Source of the DNA: Tubiluchus corallicola
Taxonomy: Eukaryota; Animalia; Priapulida
NCBI GenBank assembly: GCA_030141605.1
Contig: JAQGDQ010000020.1
Span: 310,001 to 374,000, forward strand
Direction: 5' to 3'
Length of the DNA stretch: 64,000 bases
Both the position numbers and the translations under genes were made by a program. The notes beneath the pieces are model-generated. The model saw only the letters and a list, made by a program, of their open reading frames with translations, made no database searches and was not told the origin of the DNA. Position 1 is the stretch's first letter. Every line of letters starts with the position of its first letter. Shown here one piece after another: positions 13,421-25,100 of the stretch.

Positions 13421-13879
13421 GTGCTTCCGTTCTTTCCTCGCCATAATTATCTTCTCCTTATCTCCCCCATCTCAAATTCTCGCACTTTTTGTAATAGAGT
13501 TTGCAATTATGCTCAACCTTAATTATAAAGCTGTTAAAAAGTTGTATACTCGGGCTGTAAACTCTTGCCCCATTATTATTTTTCAATTGTCATTCTGTTA
13601 AATGAATCGTGCTAATAACTGCATGCAAAATAATTGTTTGGTGGATTACGCAGTAAAATAAACATTAAAATAATAAAGGAAAAATCTACGATATGTATAT
13701 TTTTATGCTCGAAATGAAATAATACTAATAATGATGATGATGATGACAATGACGACGACGATGACAACGACGATCATAACTCGTAATAACGCTCTATTTA
13801 TAATGCCAAACTCGCTTAGCGTCAATTTTTTTTGCAATCCGGTTTGACTGTCATAATAATAATAATAATGATGATAATA

Positions 13880-13974
<95 letters not shown>

Positions 13975-14002
13975 AATAATAATAATAATGTCCTGCTGTA
14001 GT
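13335..14002 (+). repeat. Direct duplicate of 29403-29945
   Basis: Both have the same (CA)n, the same ~300-bp unique stretch (GTGCTTCCGTTCTTTCCTCGCC...ATGCTCGAAAT), a trinucleotide array, and then TCCTGCTGTAGT. Confidence 0.92.
13853..13990. repeat. (ATA)n(ATG)n(ATA)n compound microsatellite
   Basis: Seen directly; it explains the poly-Met and poly-Ile ORFs. Confidence 0.97.
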
Positions 14003-14501
14003 CGAAACATCATAGCTCGCTTGTTATCTATAAATTTTATACATTTTCTGAAGATGCTAAATGACTGTGTAGTTATAACACCTTTATCTGTACTGGATTT
14101 TTCAATACATGGCACACGAGCAAAAAATGAAAATGCAAAAGTCAGACTCTGTAAATTTTTATTTATTGAAATTCATACGACCTCTATCCTTCCAGAACTT
14201 TCAAGAAAAATGCACAAGTGTTTTTTAAACGAGTACCTAACATATTTCTTCAGAGAAATTATGCTAATCGCACTAGACCTAGACAAGACCAATGGTCATT
14301 CAGGGCAACGATCTACATAAATACACAAAACACACAACGATCTACATAAAATACACAAAAAGCAAAATTTAAAATCCCATGTAAAATCGAACTACAGGTA
14401 TAGCTGTATAGCTTTACAGATATATACAGTACATCCGGGTGTTTTCAGACTGGGCCAGCTATAAAAAATCAATTGACAATGTTACTATAGGCATCTCCAT
14501 T

Positions 14502-17148
14502 TTAATTATAATATCTAGACCTAGGCCTAGACGTACTGAGGCGCGCCCCAATTTGTCTAAGTTCGTCAGAAATTATGTAAATTAGCGAAGCTGTTTTCTT
14601 GGCAATGCCAGTGATGAAGTCAAAGAGTATTTCTAACTCATCTTCTCTCAGAGCACACACTCTTTCCATTTCAATTGGTCCAGGGCAGGTAGATTGACCT
14701 TTCATCAAACCACCAATAAGCTGCATAACTGGGGTTTCCCAATTAAAGATGTAGGAGTCATCATTATTTAAACAGGACTCCATCATCGAATCTGGAAAAA
14801 ATGTTTTAATCTTAGTAAATTGCTATTATGTTCAAAATAAATTTTGTGACACATGACAGATGCGAATATACTGGAGCAGTTCAAACGCGAAAAAATGAAT
14901 ACTTATTTGGTAAGAATTGTGATTACAATATTATATGATTTAGAAGTTTATGGAACGTTCGTCTTTAGCTAGTCAGAAATTCACTTGAGGGTGATTTCAT
15001 TAAGTTGAAAATAGAACCTGCATCACTGAAACTCAACAAATAAAGGCTTAAGGTGCAGTCAAAACCGCCCAGATGCAATTTTCCTAACGATACTCATCCG
15101 TTTGGTAAACTGGTTCAGTATTCCTGAACTTTCGTAACTAAGCACACCAGTACCCATGTCTAAATTATGTACATTATCGTGACGCAATTACTATGAAAAT
15201 AACTTATTAAACTTTCAAGCAAGTAGTGTTACTCAGTTACTACTTTAATCAGTATGATAATTTCACAAAAAACATTTAGGCCTATTATCTTTATTCGTAC
15301 GTAGCACTCTAAGTTCGAAAAAACTGAATCCAGATCTGATGCCGTAATATTTCTTCAGACGTTTCTTAACCCATCAGGTAGTTTATCAAACATAAAAACA
15401 TTTTCAAATGGCCCCTTTAGCCCTGACCTATTCATTTGTTCATGACTTTGCAAGGAGCATATTACTATGTTTTAGGGATCTTTGTCAAGGGAAATGACTG
15501 GGAGAAAATCCAGTGCCGGATTAATCATTAGGCAAACATAGCACACGCCTTAAGGCCAGCCAAAAATCGGGCCACAAAAAATCAGGAAAAAATTCATAAG
15601 TTTTCAGGTGGTGATAAAAATTTCTTTCCTTTATTTTTACACGTAAATAAATGTTTTGTATTTTTTACTGTGACCTTTGCAATAACGAATGAATGAGACA
15701 CCATTCTGACAGGAACGTTTGTCGAAAATTTTAACTTAACATAGTTGATGAATAGCACCTTATTTTTTGTTAACCATGTGATAATTTTGTTTGCTTTTTT
15801 GTCGTAAAGGCTCTGCTATTTTGTTTTTCTTTAAGAAATTAATCTATCGTGTGTTTCTTTTAGAGGAATACCTGCTACAGTTTAAATTTCGCACTTCTTG
15901 TGTAAAGCATGTCTGGTCCTAATACATCTCATGATGATAGGGGGTCACTGTAGTTGTCCAAGATATTTTCTCTTGCACCTGGTCCTTTTAATCTTGCTGC
16001 TTAAGCTCTGAGGGCGTAGTATAAGCTGTATGTGGAAGATTTTGAAGACTGGTTAAGCTTTCAAGCTATTCCGCTGACTGCTGATCTCAAAAACTCCTGG
16101 CTTCTGAATAGGATGGAGTTAGATGTTACAAGGATTCTGCGAGGTTTAAAACTTGTTATTCAAGATTCTGTAGGCAGTCGACTAGATAGCTATGAATCTG
16201 CGAAAGCGCCACTTTGCAACAGTATTTTGCTGCCCCTGCTAACTCAGTGTATGAATGTTATGCCTTTCGAGCAGGGTCCTAATGAATGCATTGACAATTT
16301 ATTCGCCGAACTGAAAATCTTGGCTAAAAATTATAGTTTTACTGACAGCTCCTATGAAACCAATGACAACCAAATGGTGCATGACCAAATGATAATAGGG
16401 TTAAAGTTCGTTCACATCAGGAGAAAATTACTGTCTGAAAAGAAACTCACTTTTTCCATTGTCATCGATATTGACGAGCCAGTGAGTCTTCTGCTAGGCT
16501 GCTGAAATGAGTGAAGCTCAGCAACACTCTGAAGAATTTCCTTTTTTGTTGGCCATGAAACTGTAGCAATACACTTAAGAAATCCAAGTATTGGTCCTGA
16601 CAGGAAATGGGGTATATCGTAAAACATAGTCCATTGAAAAAGTCCAAGAAAGCCAAGGGCGAACTAAGCATATGGGCACATGTACCAATAGTAATTACTG
16701 TAAAAAATATTGGTTGTTCTAAATTTTTACTCAATAAATTTTCTTTTTCTAAGTTTAACTGATTTTCTTTTCGTCGGTGAGCCCAAAATATCTGTGGTTT
16801 CAGGTCACTTATCAAAATGGGCATTAGGGCCAGCAGAGCCTTAATCTGGCACTGAGAAAATCCCCAAGCAGCGATGAAAGCCAAGCTGCCCATTGACCAC
16901 TAAGCCCCCGACTAACTAGAAACAGCAGTCAGAATAAAAACATTAAGTACATTGTAAAAGAACTGTCAGTCAGTGTTGTCTGCTTAATAAATCTCATTAC
17001 CTATAGCCTATTGCTACAATGATACCCGTCACCATTCCTCGAAAACTTTGACTTGCTGTGAAACCAGTGCCCACATCAGTCTGATCCTGTCCAAATATTA
17101 AGCATCCGCCCGAATGTATTGGCCCAGGAATAGAACCGTAATTACCAG
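14502..17148 (-). pseudogene. Orphan last two exons of pentraxin paralog B (inverted duplicate)
   Basis: The exon near 17148-17001 encodes GNYGSIPGPIHSGGCLIFGQDQTDVGTGFTASQSFRGMVT. The terminal exon 14791-14502 encodes SMMESCLNNDDSYIFNWET...RYYN*. Upstream exons are absent because homology stops at about 17280. Confidence 0.85.
15511..16854. mobile_element. Non-autonomous hAT element carrying a decayed Gypsy-type gag fragment
   Basis: TIRs CAGTGCCGGATTAA / TTAATCTGGCACTG with an exact 8-bp TSD AGAAAATC. Internal ORF 16032..16505 has gag-like FEQGPNECIDNLFAELKILAKN..HDQMIIGL..IRRKLLSEKKLTF. Confidence 0.88.
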
Positions 17149-17289
17149 CTTGAAATTAAACAAAAGTAAATTTAACATCAAAGGCGTCTTTCATTAAGTT
17201 ATTACAAAAATGACGTGAAATTAAGAGGTTTTGAAAGCGAAGATCGCGTTGTTTTATGTTGTTTTAGGGCGTGTATACAGATATTTTCA

Positions 17290-18351
17290 TAAGGTACGGA
17301 ATGACCACAAAGGTCTGTTATGTAAGGTTTGTGGAATTTGGCAACACTTGATATGTAATCTAACGACAGAGCAAGACAGTGTTTTAACTAGTGTAGATTT
17401 GTGGTACTGTACAAATTGTCTTGCAGATATATTGCCCTTCAATAATATAGAAAATGAAATACAATTCAAAAACGCTATTGACCTGATCGATATACCCGAT
17501 TCAGTTACCTTACAACTTGCTGGATTACATCTAAATCCATTTGATTATAATGAAAGATTATTGTCTTCACAATATGCAGATTTTGATACAGACCTAAACT
17601 TCTATAACAGAATAGGTAGATTAAAGTGTGACTATACTGTCCACGCTGAATGGTGAATTTTCGATACTATCTTTTACAGAAACCTGGCTTAATGATCAGA
17701 ATAAAGATCAGTTTTCAATAAAACATTATAATCACTACTCAAAAACCCGCAAACAGAGAACAGGTGGAGGGGTTTCCCTGTATATAAAGGATGATTTAAA
17801 CAGTAAACCTCGTAATGGCTTAGACTGTTTCGATGAACTAACCTGTGAATCACTGTTTGTTAAAATTACCCAAGAACATACAAAAATGGTCTTAGTTGGA
17901 GTGTTATATAGACCTCCGGGTACCAGTATCCCAGTATTCCTTGATGGTTTAGATAATCTTCTCTCTAAAATAATTGATAAAAACAAACACATCTTTGTCT
18001 GCGGCGATTTCAACTTAAAATTGCTTAACTGTGACTCACACGAAGGAACTGAATCTTTTCTCAATTGCCTACCTAGTCATTCATTGTATCCCTTAATCAG
18101 CAACCAACAAGAATTACTACTTACTCAGCAACTTTAATCGATAATATATGTACAAACTGTGTGTCAAATGACAACCTAAACTCGGGCATTCTCTACAGTG
18201 ACATATCTGACCAATTTCCCATTTATTCAGTAACTAGCTTGAAAGCACTTCATTCAAAACCAGTAGTTTCAAAATTTAGAATCTTTAATGATAGCACTGT
18301 CGCAGACTTCAAGTCCAAACTAGCATCCCATGACTGGTCCCAAATCTTTTG
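17290..18351 (+). mobile_element. CR1-group LINE fragment (PHD-like finger plus AP endonuclease), frameshifted
   Basis: CKVC..WQHLIC..WYCTNC..LPF followed by FTETWL, TGGGVSLYI, VLYRPP, CGDFN, LIDNI and SDISDQFPI. It ends abruptly at a junction with an opposite-strand LINE. Confidence 0.9.
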
Positions 18352-18850
18352 CAGTGCATTTGGAAAACTATGAGCAATGCAAGATGTATAAATTAAAGCT
18401 AGCAATATGGGTAGAAGCCCAGTTGCGTATGTATAATATTCCGCTTGGAGCCGATCAGGGCCTGGACTTTTGTGGTGAGACAGGCTAGACATGGCATCCT
18501 GAACCTCTCTTACAGTGATTGCAGGAGCATTGTTTAGGTTGGTAGTCAGAGATTCCTTTAGCCTAATTGGTAGATCGCAATTGTCAAGAGAATTAAGAAG
18601 TGCCTGGTAGTGGTTCTTCCACATATCACATATTTGCTTTTCGCCAGTGGTTTACCCAATGCGGGAAGGGAGGAGAGTTGCTTAGAATTTGACTCCTTTT
18701 TAATGGATGCCCAGAATTGATATGAATTACAGTGCATATATCTGTAGGCTCTCCGATCAGCAACAATAACCTGCTCATTTCTCTTACATGCTCGGAGAGA
18801 ATATTTGAATTGAGCTCGAACCTAGTGCATTGCTTCTGAAATTGGACCTT
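18352..18850 (-). mobile_element. RTE-X-like LINE fragment (truncated duplicate of 50382-50880)
   Basis: MWKNHYQALLNS..ITVREV..KSPGPDRLQAEY, nearly identical to ORF 50372..50653. Confidence 0.85.
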
Positions 18851-19102
18851 GACGATTTTTGTCTTTCAGTCAGTTTTGGTCAGTTTTAGTTCTAGAACAA
18901 AATTTCAGTCTACCATTGATATATACTATTGTACATGTTTTCATTCAACTGGCTCCTTTGCACGTGACTACCTCTTTATGCAATCTGTGTTAGGTGAGCT
19001 TACATACCACTGTTCTTTTTTCATGACAACACGTTTATAATCTGTCATTTAGCTAATATGCAATTTTACGCATCCATTTTTATGTAGTTCAGCTGTACAA
19101 TT

Positions 19103-22100
19103 ATGAATACTGCAGTAGTTATTTTAATGACGTTTATTGCCGAATCAAGCGCACATCCATCCGTAAAGATTCATACACGACGTAAGTATTGATCAAATCA
19201 AGTCATTTGGTTTTTTCCTGAATCAAAAATAAATAAGCGATTGGTATAAGTTCAATAACCAAACAAACGGGAAGGAGACGCAGAGATACGTGATTTACAG
19301 TAAAATTCATTCACGTAAAGTTTTACATTTACAGTTTCAATATATTTTTATTGAATAAGAAATATTGCAACATGGCTTGAACAGACAGTTTCTAACAAAT
19401 GATAAATGTTCTCATCAATGAAATGTGGCACTTAGTAGAGTGCAGGTAATAGACAAACAGTAGAAGCATTACAGTATGACTACTAGCATAAATATATACA
19501 TAGCAGAATGTTGAGAAATAAATAAATATTACTCTGTAATCAATATAAACTAGTACAGAGACTAGAAGCGCTTAGTTAGAAATATAAATTTCTTTACAAG
19601 CTTAAATACTTGAATATTAACAGATATACTTAAGTGTGGATTACCATGAAGAAACAGATAAACGAGTTCATTTGTTGACAACATGAATTACACGAATTTA
19701 AATAATCGAGAGTTGATATCATGAAGTATTAGCGTATTATTTATTTAGAGCAAGCCTCCCTTTTAGATTACAGACCAAGTGTGAAGCCATAGTAACGCTA
19801 CTTCAGTAACAGTAATATCGAACTAGCCATTGGCTCTTCCCGATTCTGGTTACTATCTTTTGTAATGTAAAGTTGTAAACCAGTGTAACTGCGAGTTTTT
19901 TGCTTTTTCAGCGGTTATCCGCAGTCATGGGAAGACCGATAAAATATTGTTATGTTTTTCAGCTTGAAAACATCAATCAATTTTTAGTATATTTTCACTG
20001 AAGCTACATTTTGATTATGTTAACTGTATAGGTGCCAATCGATATGATCCTACAAGATTCACTTTCCCGAGATATGATTCTATACAAAGCGATCTAACTC
20101 AGTATAAAAGCTTCGTGGAATCTTCTGTGACAGACCTTCAAAGTAAGTAGACCAAATTACATTTATACGTGTATCAGGCTGACGCAGATAGAATTACGTA
20201 ACACGTAATATGTGAATATTTTTAATATTAGTCGATGTACGTGTATAATAGACTTAATTTAGAAGAAAGCTTTTATGCTAAATTCGTTGAATTTAAAATT
20301 AAATGCAAACGTATGTTTAATATTTAGTTTCCCTTTAATAGCGTACTTAATTTAATATGTTTAGTAATGCATAAGGATTACGCAAATGTTATACACTTCC
20401 CCGGGCATATACAGTTCCACGAATGTGTATCTACAGTGCTTATTATGATGTCCTTCAACATTTTATCATGTTACACGTTTTTCTGCATGTGTAATGACTT
20501 GCATGCAGTTAAAGGGCTACAGCTTTATACATTTTCGTTTAAATGAAACTTACCGCAAATAAGCCTAGTGTGGTAAAATTTTGGATACATTCTAAATGCG
20601 ATTTACATATAAAGGGTAACTAGGAAAAGCATATATAGTCTAGTCTTTTTTATAAATGGGCAACATAGCCAGTCTTATCAGTTTAACTACTCTGAATCCG
20701 AAAAACCTGTTGCCATCTCGAAAAATTAGCGGAAAGGGGCTAAACGCAAAAAAACATGGCTGCCAAGTTTTTGTGCAAACAACGTAAATTAAGAGAAACG
20801 TTTACAAAATTAATATTAAGAAGGCAACATGACAGCTATTCCAAGGTTCCAGTTGGACCCGAGGAACTCATTTCTGTCATTTTCATTTCAAAAATGGTTA
20901 CCGTTTTCAAAATGGCTGCCAAGCAATAATGCCGATCACGCTATTGCATTAACTGTTTTATCATAGATTTATTAGACAAACAAGAACCAATCAACTGGAT
21001 CTTCTCGAATCTAGATAGCTGCTACTAGTATGAAAGTAATACAAAGCGATTCAAACAGCCCAATAAGCTAAAAACAAAACGGCCGACCTTGTTGACTCTA
21101 AATACTGTTAGATTAATAACTAATAATAAGAAATGAGCAAAAAAGATAGTGGCTGTCGCTGACGTGCTTGACGTATAGTCCAGCAAAATCGTGAAAATTG
21201 TTCATTTCGTGTAAAGGTTATAAATTTAGCAGAATGCTAGAATGTCAAGGTAAGTAATTTTGGATAAAAAATTATTCAATATGGGCGCCATTTTCAAGAT
21301 GACCAAAAAGATGGCTCGCTAGCATGTAAAGGCTATAATATATCTTAACCATTAGAACAGATAAGAAGATTTTGGTGTCATGCAGGGGCCAAGCAACCCA
21401 TAAATAAAACTTAAGCTCTAGTAGCTAAGATACGGCTTTAAAAAAATTAGCAATAGCCTTCATCTTCTTAGCAATTTTTGAAATGGTGGCAATATTGGAT
21501 GATTTTCGTCTGACCTCATATCCAAAATTGATCACTTTGATGGGTTTGAATTTTATGTAATATAACCTTTATATGCCAGCGAACCATGTTGGCCATCTTG
21601 AAAATAGCGCCCATATTGCAAGACTTATTTTATCCAAAATTAATCACCTTGACATTCTAGTATTCCGCTAAATTTTATAACTTTTACACGAAATGCACGG
21701 CAGCCATTTTCCTTTTTGCTCATTTTTAAATATTAGTTATTAGTCTAGCAGTATTTAGAGTCAAGGTCGAATTAACAAAAATGACCTGCCTTATATTTTT
21801 ATAATAAATCCTTAGATGAAACAGGTAATATAATTAGTCGGCACAATTTATTTTTGTATGGCAGCCATTTTGAAAACCGTGACCATTTCTGTACAAAAGT
21901 AACAGAAACGGGTAGCAAAGTCAATGGAATAGATGTCATCATCACTTCATAATATCAATTTTCAGGGAACTTGTTTTGATTTACATTGTGTGCGCAAAAA
22001 ATTTGCAGCCACTGTATTTTTTGCATTTTTTACCATTTTCCATTAGATTTTCAAGCCAACAACAAACTTTGCTAACATTGGCTATGTTGCCCACTTTTAG

Positions 22101-25100
22101 AAAAAATGCCTCTAGAAATTTATAGAAGCTCCTTTCATGATTTTCTTCTAGTCTAATGACGGCCATTTTGAAGGCGGTCGTCATTGTTGAAATGAAAATT
22201 ACAGAAATGGGTTCCACGAGTCCAACTGCCTTGGAATAGATGTCATAACGGCTTTTAATGTTAATTTTCTAGAAATTTCTTTTAATTTATGCACACTTCA
22301 GCACAGAACCTCAAGTACTACGACTAAAACAAAAATCTGCCTCGAAAGAACACTCATTCAGAAGTTAAAAAGAACAGCTTTTAGTTAGCCATTCTTAGCA
22401 CGGAAACGGAGATGGACTATGGAGACGGACGGGCTTCAAAAAAATCTAATCGATGGACGGGACTCAGGGTTGGCAGTCCTAGCACGTAAGTCTGACAGCA
22501 GACTTTGGCTGGAATCCGAATAATATATATGGTAACGTGCTACTCACTGGACCTAACTAGAAGATAAACAGTAGCTGAATGTGACATATTATATTAAGGT
22601 GGTGTGCTTGCAATTAAGTGTCCCAGTGGTCCCAATGTGTGCTTCGTTATTGTTCAGTTGGGTATGAGCCTGCCGAATCAATCACAATGTCACCTCAGTG
22701 CAATCAGAATCATCAGATTACAGGTATTTTAATTTTGTTGTAGGTCTGACCCCAACTTGTACAAACGCTACAGAAGAGACTATGGTTGTATTTCCGGAAC
22801 GTGGTACAGAAGATTATATAAAACTAAATAATGTAATCACTACTGATTTGGACGCCATGACAACATGCATGGTAAGCCTCATTTCTGTAAAAAACTCAGA
22901 GGAACATAAAGAAGCTGAGTCTGCTGAAATGATTTTATCCTAGTCATAGTCGTCCACTATGGTTCCGAAGGGTAAAGAGATGAACACTATAGGTTTTTAA
23001 CAAATGTTGCTACCTTCTCACTCATCACTTACTATGATATACTGTAGGAGTACCTAACTAGAACAAAAAGGCCACATAAATCTGAAGGCAAATGATGTTT
23101 TACCAAGATGCAATCACTCAAATCTCGAATCTTTTTGACAATCTAGTGAACTGAGTGTCTGATATCTATTTTGTGACAGAACAAATAGACTGTAATGATT
23201 TTGTTAATTTAATTTAAATGCTGCACTCGATTATTTTCCCTATAACCTCGTGAATAATGACTAGTGGGGCATTATTGCCTATCGCCAGCTATCTCTAATA
23301 TCACTATAAATGTAATTTTCTAGTGGATGAAAACTGACGTCCCATTTACTGGTAATCCTGAAGCCAAAGATGATGACATTGCACTTATGTCATATGCTAC
23401 TGGTCCGGCTGCTGCATCTAACCAGTTTTTAGTCTTAGTGCGAGGAAACGACATTCTTGTATTTGTCAATGGAGAGCTACAGTGAGATTATACTACGAAC
23501 TACTAACATAAGATTCTATTTCTTTCACAATAAAACTTTTTCTTTGATCTTTTTCAGACTTTTCTAAAAACTTCTATACTTTTGTCTCACATAATTTGTC
23601 AAAACTTTTCAAATGTTAAGGTTCTTTCTTACACTTTCTTAGAAATGTGAAATTCAGGCAAATGAGTCGTTGATGATGTGTTGATATACAGCCTAAAATA
23701 AAGGTACGCCAAGAAAAACTCAACTTTCAAATTGGCCTATAATTATGTAATTTTATGATCTATTTGAAAGTAGTATAACAATACCTAGAAATGTATTGAA
23801 ACATCATTATATTCTAGCTTATTGCTGGCATATGGAGTGTTATTCCGAACTGAAAAAACCGATCCGAACCGATATGAACCGATACCGATTTTTCCCAAAA
23901 CCAGTATCGAATCGATATATTATTGATTATCTTTGAAAACAGATGATGATTTCCTCAAAACCAATACCGATTAACCGATCATTGATTATTGTTTAGATCA
24001 GCTATAAATGCAAATTATGAACATTTGTGTTCACAAGTGGAAAATTACAAATATCTTTCAAAACTGGAGATGTTTGCCTGTCCATGTTTAAACATCTTGC
24101 TGCTAATGCTATCAAGTAATTACGCAACGAGAGACCTTCACAGTTTATGTTGAAATATGTATAAGCGTTAGTGTTGTTCCGAACCCGAAAAATCCATCCG
24201 AACCGACACAGATTTTTATTTTCCTCGAAACCAATACCAAACCAACACAGATTTTTTTATTTTCTTCAAAACCGTTACCGAACCCGCATTTTTTCGCAAA
24301 TACCGGAACCAATCTGTCGGAACAACACTTCACTTAGGTATAGAAATTCTATGGGGTATCGGTTTTTAGAAGTGCAATTTGATAGTATAGCACAATTTTA
24401 TCAGTAAGAGCAACAGTGACATACCAGATTCTCATATGATCTTCAGTTTCCTTATCGCTAACAAATTACCTATAATGCGTCCATACTACCACACTTGCCG
24501 CACAAATGTCAAGTTTATAATGGAATTCAATTATAAATAAACCGTGAAAGAATGGAAATGTTTACCACGTAAATGCTGCAATGACACTTTATTAAATACT
24601 AATACACAGTTAACGCTGTTACGTTATTTTACTATGGCAGGACGATTACAGATATTGCAGCCAATCTGAGGGACAATGAATGGCATTATGTTTGTATTGG
24701 CTGGTCAATGGACGGTTCATTTTGCGTAACAGTGGATGGAGTAACAGGTCCGTGCAAACGTGCTTCCATTTAGTTTTTTCATTACACTAGACAAATAATT
24801 ATTTTATTTCCACCTACACAAGTTTTAGTAGCTCTTGCTTCTTAAATAATACCTCGCACTATACATATGCCATGGAGTTTTCACATTTAGAATTCAATGA
24901 AGTGACATGTATAAATTAATTTCAATGAATCTTATATGCTAAAAATTAAAAAACATAAACAGTTGAGAGTGATAATAATTATTAATTCAAAAGATAATTA
25001 TCCTTTATTTATATTAAAAAATATTGTGTACAGTTACTGTAACAGTTTGCAACTATTGGACTACCCAGTTAGGATAATGTGTTTCTAGTTCAGTTTAATC

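Larger units (their letters stand above)
14001..17280 (-). repeat. Inverted segmental duplicate of 43812-46879
   Basis: Continuous reverse-complement similarity. ORF pairs 14502..14786(-)/46310..46594(+) and 16462..16893(-)/44198..44509(+) are nearly identical. About 220 bp at 14243-14458 is absent from the right copy. Confidence 0.95.

Noticed and set aside
13317-14320. Poly-His/Thr, poly-Met and poly-Ile ORFs (also 29380-30030)
   Set aside because: These are translations of microsatellites.
16960-17018. LTR end (AATAAA...ACA) inserted into exon 6 of B
   Set aside because: The nearby gag fragment is enclosed by hAT TIRs and TSD and is not linked to this site. The sequence is better explained as the ancestral exon end GCT ATA G|gtaatg with a small deletion.
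22650-22720. Minus-strand C/D snoRNA-like boxes with a 13-nt match (CCTGCCGAATCAA) to recalled 28S rRNA
   Set aside because: It is antisense to the host gene, the match does not abut a D box, it is mutated in the duplicate, and such matches are expected by chance.
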